DNA of 64,000 nucleotides from assembly GCA_028534125.1 (NCBI GenBank), contig CM052818.1:14384001-14448000 (forward strand), given 5' to 3'. Position numbers and translations under genes: made by a program. The stretch comes from Lama glama. Its lineage: Eukaryota. Numbering within the stretch: the stretch's first letter is position 1; each line of letters begins with the position of its first letter. Under the pieces are notes generated by a model. The model worked only from the letters and a program-made list of their open reading frames with translations, was not told the origin of the DNA and ran no database searches. Positions 61,791 to 64,000 of this stretch are shown here, in pieces.

Positions 61791-63557
61791 CTACACCGGG
61801 AACCAAAATGCTCCCACGTGAGTGTAAACAAGGAGACGTGGTTCCCATCTGGCAGAGAGTTTCCATTTTTTCAAAAAAAGAGCTATTTTTATTTTACTCA
61901 ACTTCCATCTTCTCAAAAGGAAGACGAGATAACAATGGAGAAAGTAAACACAATGGGGCAGGGGGAAGGGTGTCTCTCAGTAAGAAGCACTGAAGCGTCG
62001 CCCCAAGAGCAGCTTATTCTGCCAAGAAAAGGAGGCTTCTCTGTCTTGTCTCCATTAATTATTTTCAGATTCCCTAGGGTGGCACAGGCCTGTTTCCAGA
62101 GCAACACGAGCATCTCTGTCCTCTGTGTTTCTGACAGGGCAGTGTGAAAGGCCATTAATGTGGAGGGAAGGATCGGTAACAGACTTGTGTGCGACTCAGA
62201 AACAAGGGGGGCTCTGCAGGCAGGGAGGGTTCCTCTGAGGAAATGCCTGTTTTTACTGATCCTCTTTTAAATCACTCTAACAAGTTTCCCTGCTCTTCCC
62301 ACACCAGGGCCCGTGTTCCTGTGTTTTGCAGGCACTTTTCCTGTTTCCCTTTCCCAAGGTCCCTTCTGTCCCTTCTAGTCCCAAATCTTCTCCAGCCACA
62401 GCTCCAACCCAGGGCTTGCTCCAGAATCCTCTACTTTCCAACTTCAAAGAAGGAGTGGGAATTATGGGTCTAAATAACCAACCTCCATCAGCTGACAACA
62501 TAATTGTAATTGCTTATTAGAGCAGCTAGTCCAAGCCCTATCCCCAAGAAGAGATGTGGTCTTGGGCAAACTCGCCAACCTCTCCCAGGTTCACATCTCT
62601 CCCCGAACTGCTGCTCAGACTTGAGTTTGGATCTGTTACACGTGGAGGGCATCAGGATTTGCAGAATTACGGAATAACCACAATGGCAGGGTTTCTGTCA
62701 GAGTCCAGAGATGGAAAACAGAAAACAAATGTTCCCTGGAGCTGTTTTTAGTCTCCTTGAATAGAAGAGGAAGACATGAGGGAGGATTCTTGGCAGGGTA
62801 TTTTGGGAGGCCCCGGGGGGCTGGACCACTCTGCTCCACCCTGGTAAGCCCCATTCCGTCTGATTTTCTCCATGGGTATCCAGAGCCACCTGGAGCCACC
62901 TGGAGCAACAGCCCTCCGAGCGCTGCAGGGCAGACAGAACACCATTCCTGGGAATTGGGAGAGGCCGACTGCCACATGCCAGCCGGACGGCCTTGCCGGC
63001 TGCTTACTCTGAGTTCCAGGACCTATGAGATAAAGGGGTCTAACTTCACTAAGTCATTTCCAGCTACAAAATACAATCTATGTGTAGAAGGGTGAAAGAC
63101 CACTGGCATGCAAGTGCCTGCTGATCTCCTGTTTGGGTGAAGAAGAAATAGAGAAGACACCACTGGTCTCAGTATACCAGTGTGATGGACACTTGCTCAT
63201 GTTTTGTCTTTTAATCAAAAAATGTTTCCTACACACACCGCACACAAATGTTTCATTTAATAGAGAGGAGAGGATGGTAAGCACTAATTCCAAAATCCCC
63301 TCTGATATACAGCCAAACTCATTTCACTTTAAGTCCCCAACCACCTTCCCTACCCATCACACTTTGAGCTTTAAGTGTATAAAGGATTCCTGCCTGATTA
63401 AAATTAAACAACATGCCATGTTCCATGAATTCCTGCACATCTCCTTTCTGGTCGAGACCCATCCCCAAGGAGAATCTTCTTTAGCAGGCTCAGCACAAAA
63501 GGAGGGGACAAACAGACAGGCGAGTGCATTGAAGTCCAATTATATTCCACAGTAGCA

Positions 63558-63675
63558 GTAACTGGCCTTGGGCAAGACCCTAGTCACTCTGTCTGTTTCT
63601 TCTATAAAGTGTAAGTGTCCACTTTATTAGACTGTGAGAACTAAATAGATTACGTATGTGACAGTAAACATGAAA
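63558..63675 (+). mobile_element. MIR SINE (diverged)
   Basis: ggccttgggcaag...ctgtttcttctataaagtg...actgtgagaactaaatagat. Confidence 0.55.
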
Positions 63676-64000
63676 AGTAATGGACCATCACCACTCCTTC
63701 CAAAAACAAACCCCGGTTTAGCCAGGATGCTTTGCCTACACCAGCTCCCCGCTGATGTCCACTCCCAAGCGCTCTCTGCACTTATCCTCACGGCTGACCC
63801 TCAGCCCTCTGTTCTCTGGCCACCCACACCTGAGCCTCTCCTCCTGGATCCAGTTGGACCCCACCTGCTGGCTAGGGTTTCTAGACACTCCATACAGAGA
63901 AGGTGTGTTTCCCCTTCTGAACTCTAGGGTTGGGGGTCATTCATTAGGTACTTTATCATAAGGTATTACTATTACCTATTACTATTAATTTGTTTTTCGT

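Noticed and set aside
56908-64000. Independent gene in ORFs such as 59310-59804 or 63133-63555
   Set aside because: No domain resemblance, low-complexity composition and interspersed MIR/L2 relics; consistent with SPTBN1 intron 3.

Overview
This is mammalian genomic DNA carrying most of the beta-II spectrin gene SPTBN1 on the minus strand. A tRNA-derived SINE and an L1 3' end suggest a camelid (alpaca/camel-like). Exons 4-36 (human numbering, recalled from the human protein) run from 56907 to the stop at 1968; exons 1-3 lie beyond the right edge. Thirty exons are fully readable, with consistent splice phases. The three missing exons (5, 31, 34) are each expected in an interval holding exactly one N-run of suitable size, and the other four N-runs fall in 3'UTR-type sequence. 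Both C-terminal isoforms are encoded: the long PH-domain form and the short read-through form ending ...RRTASDQPWSGL. Splicing features of note are two GC-AG introns, a ~144-nt AG-free pyrimidine tract with a candidate distant branch point before the isoform-switch exon, and a speculative 24-nt in-frame microexon. Introns hold ordinary ancient repeats (MIR, L2, L1M, MER, MLT1), two perfect tandem duplications and several enhancer-like motif clusters. Repeat family calls are from memory of consensus sequences. I found no evidence of a new protein-coding gene or novel multi-gene system; the other ORFs are antisense shadows or noise.
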